From positions 3,780,001-3,812,000 of the forward strand of contig NC_016803.1 in assembly GCF_000189295.2 (NCBI RefSeq): DNA of 32,000 bases, in the 5' to 3' direction. Origin of the DNA: Pseudodesulfovibrio mercurii. Lineage in GTDB: Bacteria; Desulfobacterota; Desulfovibrionia; Desulfovibrionales; Desulfovibrionaceae. The position numbers were made by a program, and so were the translations under genes. Shown piece after piece: positions 1 to 16,401 of this stretch (its first letter is position 1; every line of letters begins with the position of its first letter). Below the pieces are notes generated by a model, which was given only the letters and a program-made list of their open reading frames with translations, did no database searches and had not been told where the DNA came from.

Positions 1-66
1 CCATGCTGGTACCGTTTCCTTGTCAAGGAGGTGAAATGATTGAAACCGCAGGGGTGGTTGTAAACG

Positions 67-1086
67 TTATTGGCAAATGTCGTCAACAGGGGGCCAGGGG
101 GTGTCCGGGTCGGCCCGTTCCAGGTCGCGGATGACCCGCGCGGCCTCCTCCAGGTCCTCCCAGGTCTCGCATTGGAGCATGGAGGCGCGCAGGGAGCGGA
201 TGCCCTTGAGCCCCTTGGCGTAGCGCGGGACGATGGAGCGGATCTTGCGGAAGGAGCGGGTGTCGCCCTCGTACAGCCTGGTCAGGCGGATATGTTCGCG
301 GACGATCTCGGCCAGGAACGCCCCGTCGCGCACGGGCATGGGCTCGCCCCGGCGCAGGGCCGTGTAGCGGGAGAAGATGGACGGATCGTAGAGCGCGCCC
401 CGGGCGAACATGATCGCGTCGATGCCGGTCTCCTCGATGCAGCGCACCCCGTCTTCGGCCGAGAACAGATCGCCGGAGCCGATGACCGGGATGGACACGG
501 CCCGCTTGAGTTCGGCCAGCTTGGACCAGTCTGCCGAACCGCCGAACATCTGCCTGCCGTAGCGCGGGTGCAGGGTGACCCAGTTGACGCCCGCGTCCTC
601 GAGCCGCCGGGCCAGGTCCAGGTAGACGTCCTCGCCCTTGTTGAAGCCCAGGCGGAACTTGACGCCCACGCGGCCGCCCTCGGGGTGTTCGGCGGCCTTG
701 GCGACCATGATGGCGGCCAGGCCGACCAACCTGTCGAGGTCCTCCATGAGCTGGACCCCGGAGCCGGACTTGAGGACCTTGCGTACCGGGCAGCCCGCGT
801 TGAGGTCGAAGTTGCGGTAGCCCAGGGAGACGAGCTTCTCCATGACCGGCGGGAAATACTGGGGCTCGGAGCCGAACAGCTGGAGGACCATGGGGTCGTC
901 CTCGGGGCAGGTGGCGATGAGGCGGCGGGTGCCGGAGTTCTTGAAGGCCATGCCCTTGACCGAGACCATCTCGGAGCAGGCCACGGCGCAGCCGAAGCGG
1001 CGCGCCAGCAGGCGGAAGGGCAGGTCGGAATAGCCCGCCAGAGGGGCCAGCCACGGGCTGTCGGGGGTGATGGCGAATCGGGTCAT
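67..1086 (-). CDS. dus: tRNA-dihydrouridine synthase (Dus/NifR3 family, FMN TIM barrel)
   Basis: The ORF-track entry 67..1548 was trimmed to the ATG at 1086-1084, because the upstream part reads through three tRNA genes. The translation begins MTRFAITPDSPWLAPLAGYSDLPFRLLARRFG and contains DLNAGCPVRKV and VTLHPRYG, which are typical Dus hallmarks. The stop is TAA (tta at 67-69 on +). Subfamily (DusA/B/C) is not resolved. Confidence 0.88.
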   Translation of the reverse strand: MTRFAITPDSPWLAPLAGYSDLPFRLLARRFGCAVACSEMVSVKGMAFKNSGTRRLIATCPEDDPMVLQLFGSEPQYFPPVMEKLVSLGYRNFDLNAGCPVRKVLKSGSGVQLMEDLDRLVGLAAIMVAKAAEHPEGGRVGVKFRLGFNKGEDVYLDLARRLEDAGVNWVTLHPRYGRQMFGGSADWSKLAELKRAVSIPVIGSGDLFSAEDGVRCIEETGIDAIMFARGALYDPSIFSRYTALRRGEPMPVRDGAFLAEIVREHIRLTRLYEGDTRSFRKIRSIVPRYAKGLKGIRSLRASMLQCETWEDLEEAARVIRDLERADPDTPWPPVDDICQ

Positions 1087-1095
1087 GGTGCGATG

Positions 1096-1124
1096 CACAT
1101 ACGGGCTGGGCGTCCGGGAGTCAA
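1096..1124 (-). promoter_or_regulatory. Candidate sigma70-type promoter for dus: -35 TTGACT, 17-nt spacer, -10 TATGTG
   Basis: On the minus strand TTGACT lies at + coordinates 1124-1119 and TATGTG at 1101-1096, with exactly 17 nt between them. The -10 ends 9 nt before the dus ATG and no SD is visible, so the mRNA would be near-leaderless. The -10 match is weak (3 of 6). Confidence 0.3.
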
Positions 1125-1179
1125 AGGAAAAAGGGGGCGGGGCAGGGGAGCGGTCCGGGACCGTCCGGACCGGGCCGGA

Positions 1180-1201
1180 AGGGGCGGTCGAGGGGCGGTC
1201 G
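1180..1201. repeat. Perfect tandem direct repeat, 2 x AGGGGCGGTCG (11 nt)
   Basis: Read directly: 1180-1190 and 1191-1201 are identical. The repeat lies in the divergent dus / tRNA-operon intergenic region, among several G4-G5 runs. Confidence 0.7.
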
Positions 1202-1329
1202 CCGGGGGAAAGAATTTGAAAAAAATACCGGCGCAGGGTTGACAAACGACCGCTTTTGTCATTACACCGGCCCGTCCCTGAGCGCAAGACGGCGCTCCCC
1301 GCGAGGGGAAAAAAGCCCGTTGAAAACTC

Positions 1330-1358
1330 TTGATTTTTGACATAGCGGCGTATATAGA
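1330..1358 (+). promoter_or_regulatory. Candidate tRNA-operon promoter: -35 TTGATT, 17-nt spacer, -10 TATAGA (overlapping TATATA at 1351-1356)
   Basis: TTGATT is at 1330-1335 and TATAGA at 1353-1358. Upstream sequence is A/T-rich. The predicted start is about 8-10 nt before the mature tRNA-Thr 5' end at 1374. A second perfect TTGACA at 1239-1244 lies about 90 nt upstream but has no good -10. Confidence 0.4.
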
Positions 1359-1373
1359 CTTCGTTCCCGGTTG

Positions 1374-1449
1374 GCTGGCGTAGCTCAACTGGTAGAGCAG
1401 CTGATTTGTAATCAGCCGGTTGCGGGTTCAAGTCCCATCGCCAGCTCCA
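1374..1449 (+). tRNA. tRNA-Thr (anticodon UGU)
   Basis: Cloverleaf folded by hand. The acceptor GCTGGCG pairs with CGCCAGC. The anticodon arm is GCTGA-ttTGTaa-TCAGC and the T arm GCGGG-TTCAAGT-CCCAT. CCA is encoded. Confidence 0.93.
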
Positions 1450-1461
1450 GTAAGACAAAAT

Positions 1462-1547
1462 GGTGGGGTTCCCGAGTGGCCAAAGGGAACAGACTGTAAA
1501 TCTGTCGGCATACGCCTTCGGAGGTTCAAATCCTCCCCCCACCACCA
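1462..1547 (+). tRNA. tRNA-Tyr (anticodon GUA), class II with long variable arm
   Basis: The acceptor GGTGGGG pairs with CCCCACC. The anticodon arm is ACAGA-ctGTAaa-TCTGT and the T arm GGAGG-TTCAAAT-CCTCC. There is a long variable arm, and CCA is encoded. Confidence 0.93.
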
Positions 1548-1610
1548 TATTTTTCGAGTCACACTGTAGGAGGCAGGCCGCGAGGCCGCCGATGGAACTA
1601 CAGAGAGTGA

Positions 1611-1687
1611 GCGGGAATAGCTCAATTGGCTAGAGCATCAGCCTTCCAAGCTGAGGGTTGCGGGTTCGAGTCCCGTTTCCCGCTCCA
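1611..1687 (+). tRNA. tRNA-Gly (anticodon UCC)
   Basis: The acceptor GCGGGAA pairs with TTCCCGC. The anticodon arm is TCAGC-ctTCCaa-GCTGA and the T arm GCGGG-TTCGAGT-CCCGT. CCA is encoded. Confidence 0.93.
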
Positions 1688-1782
1688 CCACGCCATCTCT
1701 CTCCTTCCATCATCCTTATATACAGTGTATGGCTGTGCTCACATGCTTCGGTCGGCAGGGCGCATCCAAATAAGGATGAGGC

Positions 1783-1834
1783 CGCCCGTTCAGACCCATC
1801 GTGAGTACAAGGGCGTTTTTTTGTTTTGTTTTAC
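1783..1834 (+). terminator. Weak terminator-like element: 5-bp GC stem followed by T7-G-T4-G-T4
   Basis: CGCCC (1783-1787) pairs with GGGCG (1811-1815) across a 23-nt loop, and a long T-rich run follows at 1816-1834. The stem is weak, so the T-run could instead be an UP-like element for a tuf promoter (TTGTCA at 1835-1840). Confidence 0.3.
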
Positions 1835-1897
1835 TTGTCAACAAGTATTTAGAAATAGAAACCTACTCAACATTTATTGATCCAGGGGGTTACTGAA

Positions 1898-3091
<1,194 letters not shown>

Positions 3092-3093
3092 TC

Positions 3094-3243
3094 ATGCGAG
3101 TCAACATTCAGCTGCAGTGCACCGAGTGCAAGCGTAAGAACTACGCCACGCAGAAGAACAAGAAGAATACTACCGGACGTCTGGAAGTGAGCAAGTATTG
3201 TCCCTGGGACAAGAAGCACACGATCCACAAGGAGTCCAAGTAG
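3094..3243 (+). CDS. rpmG: 50S ribosomal protein L33
   Basis: This gene is not in the ORF track because it is under 60 aa. It runs from ATG 3094 to TAG 3241-3243. Hand translation gives [49 protein letters not shown] (49 aa). It starts 2 nt after the tuf stop, which is the canonical position. Confidence 0.93.
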   Translation: MRVNIQLQCTECKRKNYATQKNKKNTTGRLEVSKYCPWDKKHTIHKESK

Positions 3244-3255
3244 CTTCGATAGCGC

Positions 3256-3332
3256 AGGGGCATAGTTCCAACGGCTAGAACGCCGGTCTCCAAAACCGGA
3301 TGTTGGGGGTTCGAATCCCTCTGCCCCTGCCA
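3256..3332 (+). tRNA. tRNA-Trp (anticodon CCA)
   Basis: The acceptor AGGGGCA pairs with TGCCCCT. The anticodon arm is CCGGT-ctCCAaa-ACCGG and the T arm GGGGG-TTCGAAT-CCCTC. CCA is encoded. The position between rpmG and secE is conserved. Confidence 0.93.
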
Positions 3333-3415
3333 ACTAAGTCTTTGAAACGGTGCGGGGTCTTGCACGTAAAACGGCAAGGCCCCGCCAACCGCTCAATAAT
3401 TTGGGATAACGAGAT

Positions 3416-3673
3416 ATGGCCAAGAAGAAAGGCAAGAAGGCCGCTGAAAAGCAGGCCGTACAGTCCCCGGCAGCCGGTCTGAAGGACAAGGTCAAGGAAT
3501 TCATCGAGTTCTTTGAGGAGTCCAAGGTCGAGATCAAGAAGGTGGTCTGGCCGACGCGCAAGGAGACCGTCACCACGTGCATCGCCGTGCTGGTTGTTTC
3601 CGTGGTCATCGCTCTCTACCTGGGCGTGGTCGACCTGGCGCTCTCCAAGATCGTCGAGGCCATCCTCTCCTAG
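3416..3673 (+). CDS. secE: Preprotein translocase subunit SecE
   Basis: The 85-aa ORF has a Lys-rich N-terminus, the KKVVWPTRKET motif and a single C-terminal TM helix (CIAVLVVSVVIALYLGVV). It sits directly upstream of nusG. Confidence 0.93.
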   Translation: MAKKKGKKAAEKQAVQSPAAGLKDKVKEFIEFFEESKVEIKKVVWPTRKETVTTCIAVLVVSVVIALYLGVVDLALSKIVEAILS

Positions 3674-3706
3674 GACCAAAGCTACTTGCAAAGGCTGGAA
3701 CAGAAC

Positions 3707-4264
3707 ATGGATGCCACAATGGAACACGCAGCGCCTCGTGCACGCTGGTACATCGTCCACACCTACTCGGGCTTCGAGCAGCGCGTGGAACAGACCGTGC
3801 GTGAAATGATGCGCACCGGACAGGACAAGGGCCTCATCGAGGAAGTCGTCATGCCCACCGAAAAGATCGTCGAGATGGTCAAAGGTGAGCGGAAGACGTC
3901 CACGCGCAAGTTCTATCCGGGCTACATCATGATCAAGATGATCCTGACCGACGATTCCTGGCATCTGATTCAGTCCATCCCGCGCGTGACAGGATTCGTC
4001 GGCGGCAAAAACCGCCCGACTCCCATGCGCGACAGCGAGGCGGAAAACATCCTCAACATGATGGAAAGCCGCCAGGAAAAGCCCCGTCCCAAGTTCAACT
4101 TCGAACGCGGCGACGAGGTCCGGGTCATCGACGGTCCGTTCTCCGGCTTCAACGGTGTTGTGGAAGAGGTCAATTACGACAAGGGCAAGCTCAAAGTGTC
4201 CGTCTCCATCTTCGGGCGTCAGACTCCTGTGGAGCTTGATTTCGTCCAGGTGGACAAGGGATAG
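3707..4264 (+). CDS. nusG: Transcription termination/antitermination factor NusG
   Basis: The frame of ORF 3686..4264 contains RWYIVHTYSGFEQRV (NGN domain) and a C-terminal KOW (GDEVRVIDGPFSGFNGVVEEV). The start is ambiguous among TTG 3686, ATG 3707 (weak GGAA 6 nt upstream) and ATG 3719. ATG 3707 was chosen. Confidence 0.9.
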   Translation: MDATMEHAAPRARWYIVHTYSGFEQRVEQTVREMMRTGQDKGLIEEVVMPTEKIVEMVKGERKTSTRKFYPGYIMIKMILTDDSWHLIQSIPRVTGFVGGKNRPTPMRDSEAENILNMMESRQEKPRPKFNFERGDEVRVIDGPFSGFNGVVEEVNYDKGKLKVSVSIFGRQTPVELDFVQVDKG

Positions 4265-4310
4265 CCCCGGTTGTCGCTAACAGCGAAATTTCTCATCGAG
4301 GAATACGATA

Positions 4311-4736
4311 ATGGCTAAGAAAGAATTAGGAAAAATCAAACTGCAAATCCCCGCTGGGGCCGCCAATCCTTCCCCTCCGGTCGGTCCGGCCCTGGGTCAG
4401 CACGGCGTGAACATCATGGAATTCTGCAAGGCGTTCAACGCCAGGACGCAGGATCAGAAGGGCCTGATCATTCCCGTGGTCATCACCGTGTTCGCGGACC
4501 GTTCCTTCGACTTCATCACCAAGACCCCTCCGGCGGCGGTGCTCCTGCTCAAGGCCGCCAAGCTCGAAAAGGGCTCCGGTGAACCCAACAAAGTCAAGGT
4601 CGGCAAGGTCACCAAGGCCCAGATCCGCGAGATCGCCGAGCTGAAGATGGCTGACTTGAACGCCAATGACATCGAACACGCCATGCACCAGATTGAGGGC
4701 ACCGCCCGCAGCATGGGCCTCGATGTCAAGGCCTAA
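4311..4736 (+). CDS. rplK: 50S ribosomal protein L11
   Basis: The 141-aa product begins [51 protein letters not shown] lies at 4298-4302. Confidence 0.98.
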   Translation: MAKKELGKIKLQIPAGAANPSPPVGPALGQHGVNIMEFCKAFNARTQDQKGLIIPVVITVFADRSFDFITKTPPAAVLLLKAAKLEKGSGEPNKVKVGKVTKAQIREIAELKMADLNANDIEHAMHQIEGTARSMGLDVKA

Positions 4737-4750
4737 CGAGGTGAAGAGAT

Positions 4751-5458
4751 ATGCCTAAGCATGGAAAAAAATACCGCAACGCCGTGGGTGACCGCGATGT
4801 CACCGTGCGCGTCGATGTCGAAGAGGGCGTGAAGGCCGCCGTTGCCGCCGCCTTCGCCAAGTTCGACGAGACCGTGGACGTGGCCATCAACCTCGGCGTG
4901 GATCCGAAGTACTCCGATCAGATGATCCGCGGCGCCGTCTCCCTGCCCAACGGGCTGGGCAAGGACGTCCGCGTGGCCGTCTTCTGCAAGGGTGAAAAGG
5001 AGAACGAGGCCAAGGAAGCCGGTGCCGATTTCTACGGTTCCGACGATCTGGTCGAGAAGATCCAGTCCGGCTGGCTCGATTTCGACAAGGCCGTGGCCAC
5101 CCCTGACATGATGGCCGTGGTCGGCAAGATCGGCCGCGTGCTCGGCCCCCGTGGCCTGATGCCCAACGCCAAGACCGGCACCGTGACCATGGACGTGGCC
5201 AAGGCCGTCAGCGAGCTCAAGGCCGGCAAGGTCGAGTTCAAGGTGGACAAGGCCGGCGTGCTGCATGCCCCCATCGGCAAGGTCTCCTTCGGCCCCGACA
5301 AGCTCCTGGAGAACCTCAAGGCCCTGCTGGACACCGTCATGCGCATGAAGCCCTCCTCCGCGAAGGGCACGTACATGAAGGCGCTGGCCGTTTCCTCGAC
5401 CATGGGCCCGGGCGTCAAGATCGACCCCCTGACCGTCCGCAAGTTCCTGGAAGCCTAG
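4751..5458 (+). CDS. rplA: 50S ribosomal protein L1
   Basis: The 235-aa product begins [11 protein letters not shown] and contains [15 protein letters not shown]. Confidence 0.98.
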   Translation: MPKHGKKYRNAVGDRDVTVRVDVEEGVKAAVAAAFAKFDETVDVAINLGVDPKYSDQMIRGAVSLPNGLGKDVRVAVFCKGEKENEAKEAGADFYGSDDLVEKIQSGWLDFDKAVATPDMMAVVGKIGRVLGPRGLMPNAKTGTVTMDVAKAVSELKAGKVEFKVDKAGVLHAPIGKVSFGPDKLLENLKALLDTVMRMKPSSAKGTYMKALAVSSTMGPGVKIDPLTVRKFLEA

Positions 5459-5614
5459 TTTTAACAAGTGGAATGCCGGACCCCCTCGTGGGGTCCAGTA
5501 GATAATCGCACGGAAGGTTGAGTCAGAGAAGGCAGGCGGGGCTGTGTCCCCTTAAACATCCTGCTCAGACTACGCTTTGACCTGCTTTCCGGGCCGAACG
5601 ACGAGGAGTGGTAG
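5459..5614 (+). promoter_or_regulatory. Candidate L10(L12)4 autoregulatory leader upstream of rplJ
   Basis: This is a 156-nt structured spacer in the position of the known L10 leader. It contains the hairpins GGACCCC-ctcgt-GGGGTCC (5478-5496) and GGGG-ctgtgt-CCCC (5538-5551). No covariance model was run. Confidence 0.4.
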
Positions 5615-6136
5615 ATGAACAGGCAAGACAAAGCCCAGATCATCGAGCAGCTGCACGAAAAAGCTTCGCGCGCCAGCATCGCCGTCGTCACCGATTTCAA
5701 GGGCATGACCGTTGAGGAAATGACCCAGTTGCGCGCCAAGTGCTTCGAAATCGGCGTCGATTACCAAGTCGTCAAGAATACCCTGGCCCGGTTGGCTCTC
5801 AACGACACCGATCACGGTGTATTGAGCGAACACCTTAAAGAGAACTGCGCCATTGCGCTGGGTTACGACGATCCCGTCGCCCTGGCCAAGGCGCTCGCCG
5901 ATTTCGCCAAGACGAACAAGAAGTTCGCCATGCGCTACGGCACTCTCGAAGGCCAGTTTCTTGACAGCGACGCAGTGAAGGAACTCTCCAAGATGCCCAG
6001 CAAGCCTGAGCTTCTGAGTTCCCTTCTCGGCACGATGCAGGCCGTACCTCGCAATTTCGTGTGTCTGTTCGCCAACATCGAACGCAAGTTCCTGTATGCC
6101 TTGACCGCGATCAAGGAACAGAAAGAAGCTGCGTAA
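5615..6136 (+). CDS. rplJ: 50S ribosomal protein L10
   Basis: The 173-aa product has a GAGGAG SD at 5603-5608 and begins [40 protein letters not shown]. Confidence 0.97.
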   Translation: MNRQDKAQIIEQLHEKASRASIAVVTDFKGMTVEEMTQLRAKCFEIGVDYQVVKNTLARLALNDTDHGVLSEHLKENCAIALGYDDPVALAKALADFAKTNKKFAMRYGTLEGQFLDSDAVKELSKMPSKPELLSSLLGTMQAVPRNFVCLFANIERKFLYALTAIKEQKEAA

Positions 6137-6176
6137 AAACCAGGTTCAAAGCGAATCAATTTCAAGGAGATTCATC

Positions 6177-6563
6177 ATGGCTGATATCACCAAAGAACAG
6201 GTTGTCGAATTCATCGGCAACATGACCGTCCTCCAGCTGTCCGAATTCATCAAGGAACTCGAAGATGTCTTCGGCGTCGAAGCCGCCGCTCCGGCCGTTG
6301 CCGTGGCCGCCGCCCCGGCCGCCGGTGGCGAAGCCGCCGCCGAGGAAGAGCAGACCGAGTTCGACGTGGTCCTGACCGGTGCCGGCGCCAACAAGATCGC
6401 CGTCATCAAGGCCGTCCGCGCCATCACCGGCCTGGGCCTGAAGGAAGCCAAGGCTCTGGTCGACGAAGCTCCCAAGGCCCTGAAGGAAGGCGTCTCCAAG
6501 GAAGAGGCTGACGAGGCTGCCAAGCAGCTGCAGGAAGCCGGCGCCGAAGTTGAAGTTAAGTAA
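6177..6563 (+). CDS. rplL: 50S ribosomal protein L7/L12
   Basis: The 128-aa product begins [30 protein letters not shown], has an Ala-rich hinge and contains [24 protein letters not shown]. Confidence 0.98.
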   Translation: MADITKEQVVEFIGNMTVLQLSEFIKELEDVFGVEAAAPAVAVAAAPAAGGEAAAEEEQTEFDVVLTGAGANKIAVIKAVRAITGLGLKEAKALVDEAPKALKEGVSKEEADEAAKQLQEAGAEVEVK

Positions 6564-6585
6564 CTTCAACGCCTTAAGCTAACAA

Positions 6586-6640
6586 AGCAAAGAGCGCTCG
6601 CCCCCTCAAAAGGGCGTTGCGCTCTTTGCTCTGTATGTAT
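6586..6640 (+). terminator. Nested GC-rich hairpin after rplL (candidate partial terminator/attenuator before rpoB)
   Basis: AGCAAAGAGCGC (6586-6597) pairs with GCGCTCTTTGCT (6619-6630). An inner CGCCC/GGGCG hairpin sits in the loop. The 3' tail is only partly T-rich. A transcriptional attenuator is known at this position in E. coli. Confidence 0.5.
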
Positions 6641-6645
6641 ATATA
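6617..6645 (+). promoter_or_regulatory. Candidate promoter overlapping the hairpin 3' arm: -35 TTGCGC, 17-nt spacer, -10 TATATA
   Basis: TTGCGC at 6617-6622 and TATATA at 6640-6645 were read directly. TATACT at 6642-6647 is an alternative -10. Such a promoter would give a leader of roughly 200 nt to rpoB. Confidence 0.3.
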
Positions 6646-6851
6646 CTGGATCAATCGCCTTTCGCTACTTGGGTGCAGGCGCTGCATGATGCAAATCTAC
6701 TCCTCGTCGGTGTGCCGGGTTTTTGGTTCCGGCTGCAGCTTATCTACCCATTTTCCGCAGCGGTCGCTCTAGCCGGCCGATGCGCCAGACAGAGGGCAAG
6801 GGCCTACAAGCCCCGCGCCCCAACCATCAACCGCTCATGCATGAGGGTACA

Positions 6852-10991
<4,140 letters not shown>

Positions 10992-11015
10992 GACCGGACG
11001 TTCACAAAGTAATAG

Positions 11016-11044
11016 GCCCGGCCGGTCCCAAGGATCGGCCGGGC
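11016..11044 (+). promoter_or_regulatory. 9-bp GC hairpin in the rpoB-rpoC spacer (possible processing site)
   Basis: GCCCGGCCG (11016-11024) pairs with CGGCCGGGC (11036-11044) across an 11-nt loop. No T-run follows. E. coli has an RNase III site in the equivalent spacer. Confidence 0.35.
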
Positions 11045-11075
11045 ACGAGATAACATTATACGATAGGGGATATCC

Positions 11076-15230
<4,155 letters not shown>

Positions 15231-15275
15231 CGCAGCCGAAAATACACCTTCGGCAGCGTTTGATATAAGTGATTG

Positions 15276-15311
15276 AAAAAGTTGGAGAGGCCGTGCCTCT
15301 CCAACTTTTTT
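15276..15311 (+). terminator. Rho-independent terminator after rpoC
   Basis: The structure is AAAAA-GTTGGAGAGGC-cgt-GCCTCTCCAAC-TTTTTT. It has an 11-bp GC-rich stem, a 6-T tail and a complementary A-tract, so it is potentially bidirectional. Confidence 0.85.
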
Positions 15312-15356
15312 GCCGGCCCGGACCGAAAAGTCCTCCCGTTCGCAGGGCGAAATGCC

Positions 15357-15386
15357 TTGACAACAACCGAACGAACGGGGTACTAG
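15357..15386 (+). promoter_or_regulatory. Candidate str-operon promoter: -35 TTGACA, 18-nt spacer, -10 TACTAG
   Basis: A perfect -35 lies at 15357-15362 and a -10-like TACTAG at 15381-15386. The site is just downstream of the rpoC terminator and 61 nt before the rpsL ATG. Confidence 0.4.
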
Positions 15387-15446
15387 CGGTCCTCTTTGCG
15401 CATGTTTTGCGCGCAGGTACAGTATTAACTAATGATTGGAGGATGA

Positions 15447-15818
15447 ATGCCCACCATTAACCAGCTCATCCGCAAGGGCCGCGAAGCGCAGCCCAAACGG
15501 AAGAAGACCCCGGCCCTGATGGAATGCCCTCAGCGCCGCGGTGTTTGCACCAGGGTGTACACCACGACCCCGAAGAAGCCGAACTCCGCGCTTCGTAAGG
15601 TCGCCCGCGTGCGCCTGACCAACGGCATGGAAGTCACCGCCTACATCGGTGGTGAGGGCCACAACCTGCAGGAACACTCCGTGGTCCTGATCCGCGGCGG
15701 CCGTGTGAAGGACCTTCCCGGTGTCCGTTACCACATCGTTCGCGGTACCCTCGATACCTCCGGTGTCGACGATCGTCGCCGCGGCCGTTCCAAGTACGGC
15801 ACCAAGCGCCCGAAATAA
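15447..15818 (+). CDS. rpsL: 30S ribosomal protein S12
   Basis: The 123-aa product begins [13 protein letters not shown] and contains [12 protein letters not shown] and [23 protein letters not shown] lies at 15438-15443. Confidence 0.98.
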   Translation: MPTINQLIRKGREAQPKRKKTPALMECPQRRGVCTRVYTTTPKKPNSALRKVARVRLTNGMEVTAYIGGEGHNLQEHSVVLIRGGRVKDLPGVRYHIVRGTLDTSGVDDRRRGRSKYGTKRPK

Positions 15819-15837
15819 GGTTAGAGCCTTTTCGTAA

Positions 15838-16386
<549 letters not shown>

Positions 16387-16401
16387 TCACGGAGTAGTAA
16401 A

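Noticed and set aside
1-134. Perfect SD-like AAGGAGGTGA (25-34) followed by ATG at 36-38. The frame is open from the window start to a TGA at 132-134 and overlaps the dus 3' end by 68 nt.
   Set aside because: The window edge prevents judging whether this is the tail of an upstream gene. The other two + frames stop at 32-34 and 37-39. The overlapping portion translates to GARGCPGRPVPGRG-type low complexity. The evidence is insufficient to call a CDS.
70-1242. 390-aa + strand ORF and 323-aa minus-strand off-frame ORF (83..1054) overlapping dus.
   Set aside because: The Dus frame has clear family motifs. These alternatives are low-complexity GC-frame artefacts.
1087-1548. N-terminal extension of the dus ORF (ORF-track 67..1548). 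Also small ORFs 1083..1388, 1428..1625 and 1626..1880.
   Set aside because: They run through or overlap the tRNA-Thr, tRNA-Tyr and tRNA-Gly genes and the promoter region. The conserved Dus N-terminus begins at the ATG at 1086.
1688-1810. Searched for a fourth tRNA (tRNA-Thr GGU) or a degenerate remnant after tRNA-Gly.
   Set aside because: No acceptor-stem complementarity, no T-loop (GTTCRA) and no anticodon arm could be folded by hand. tRNAscan-SE should confirm this.
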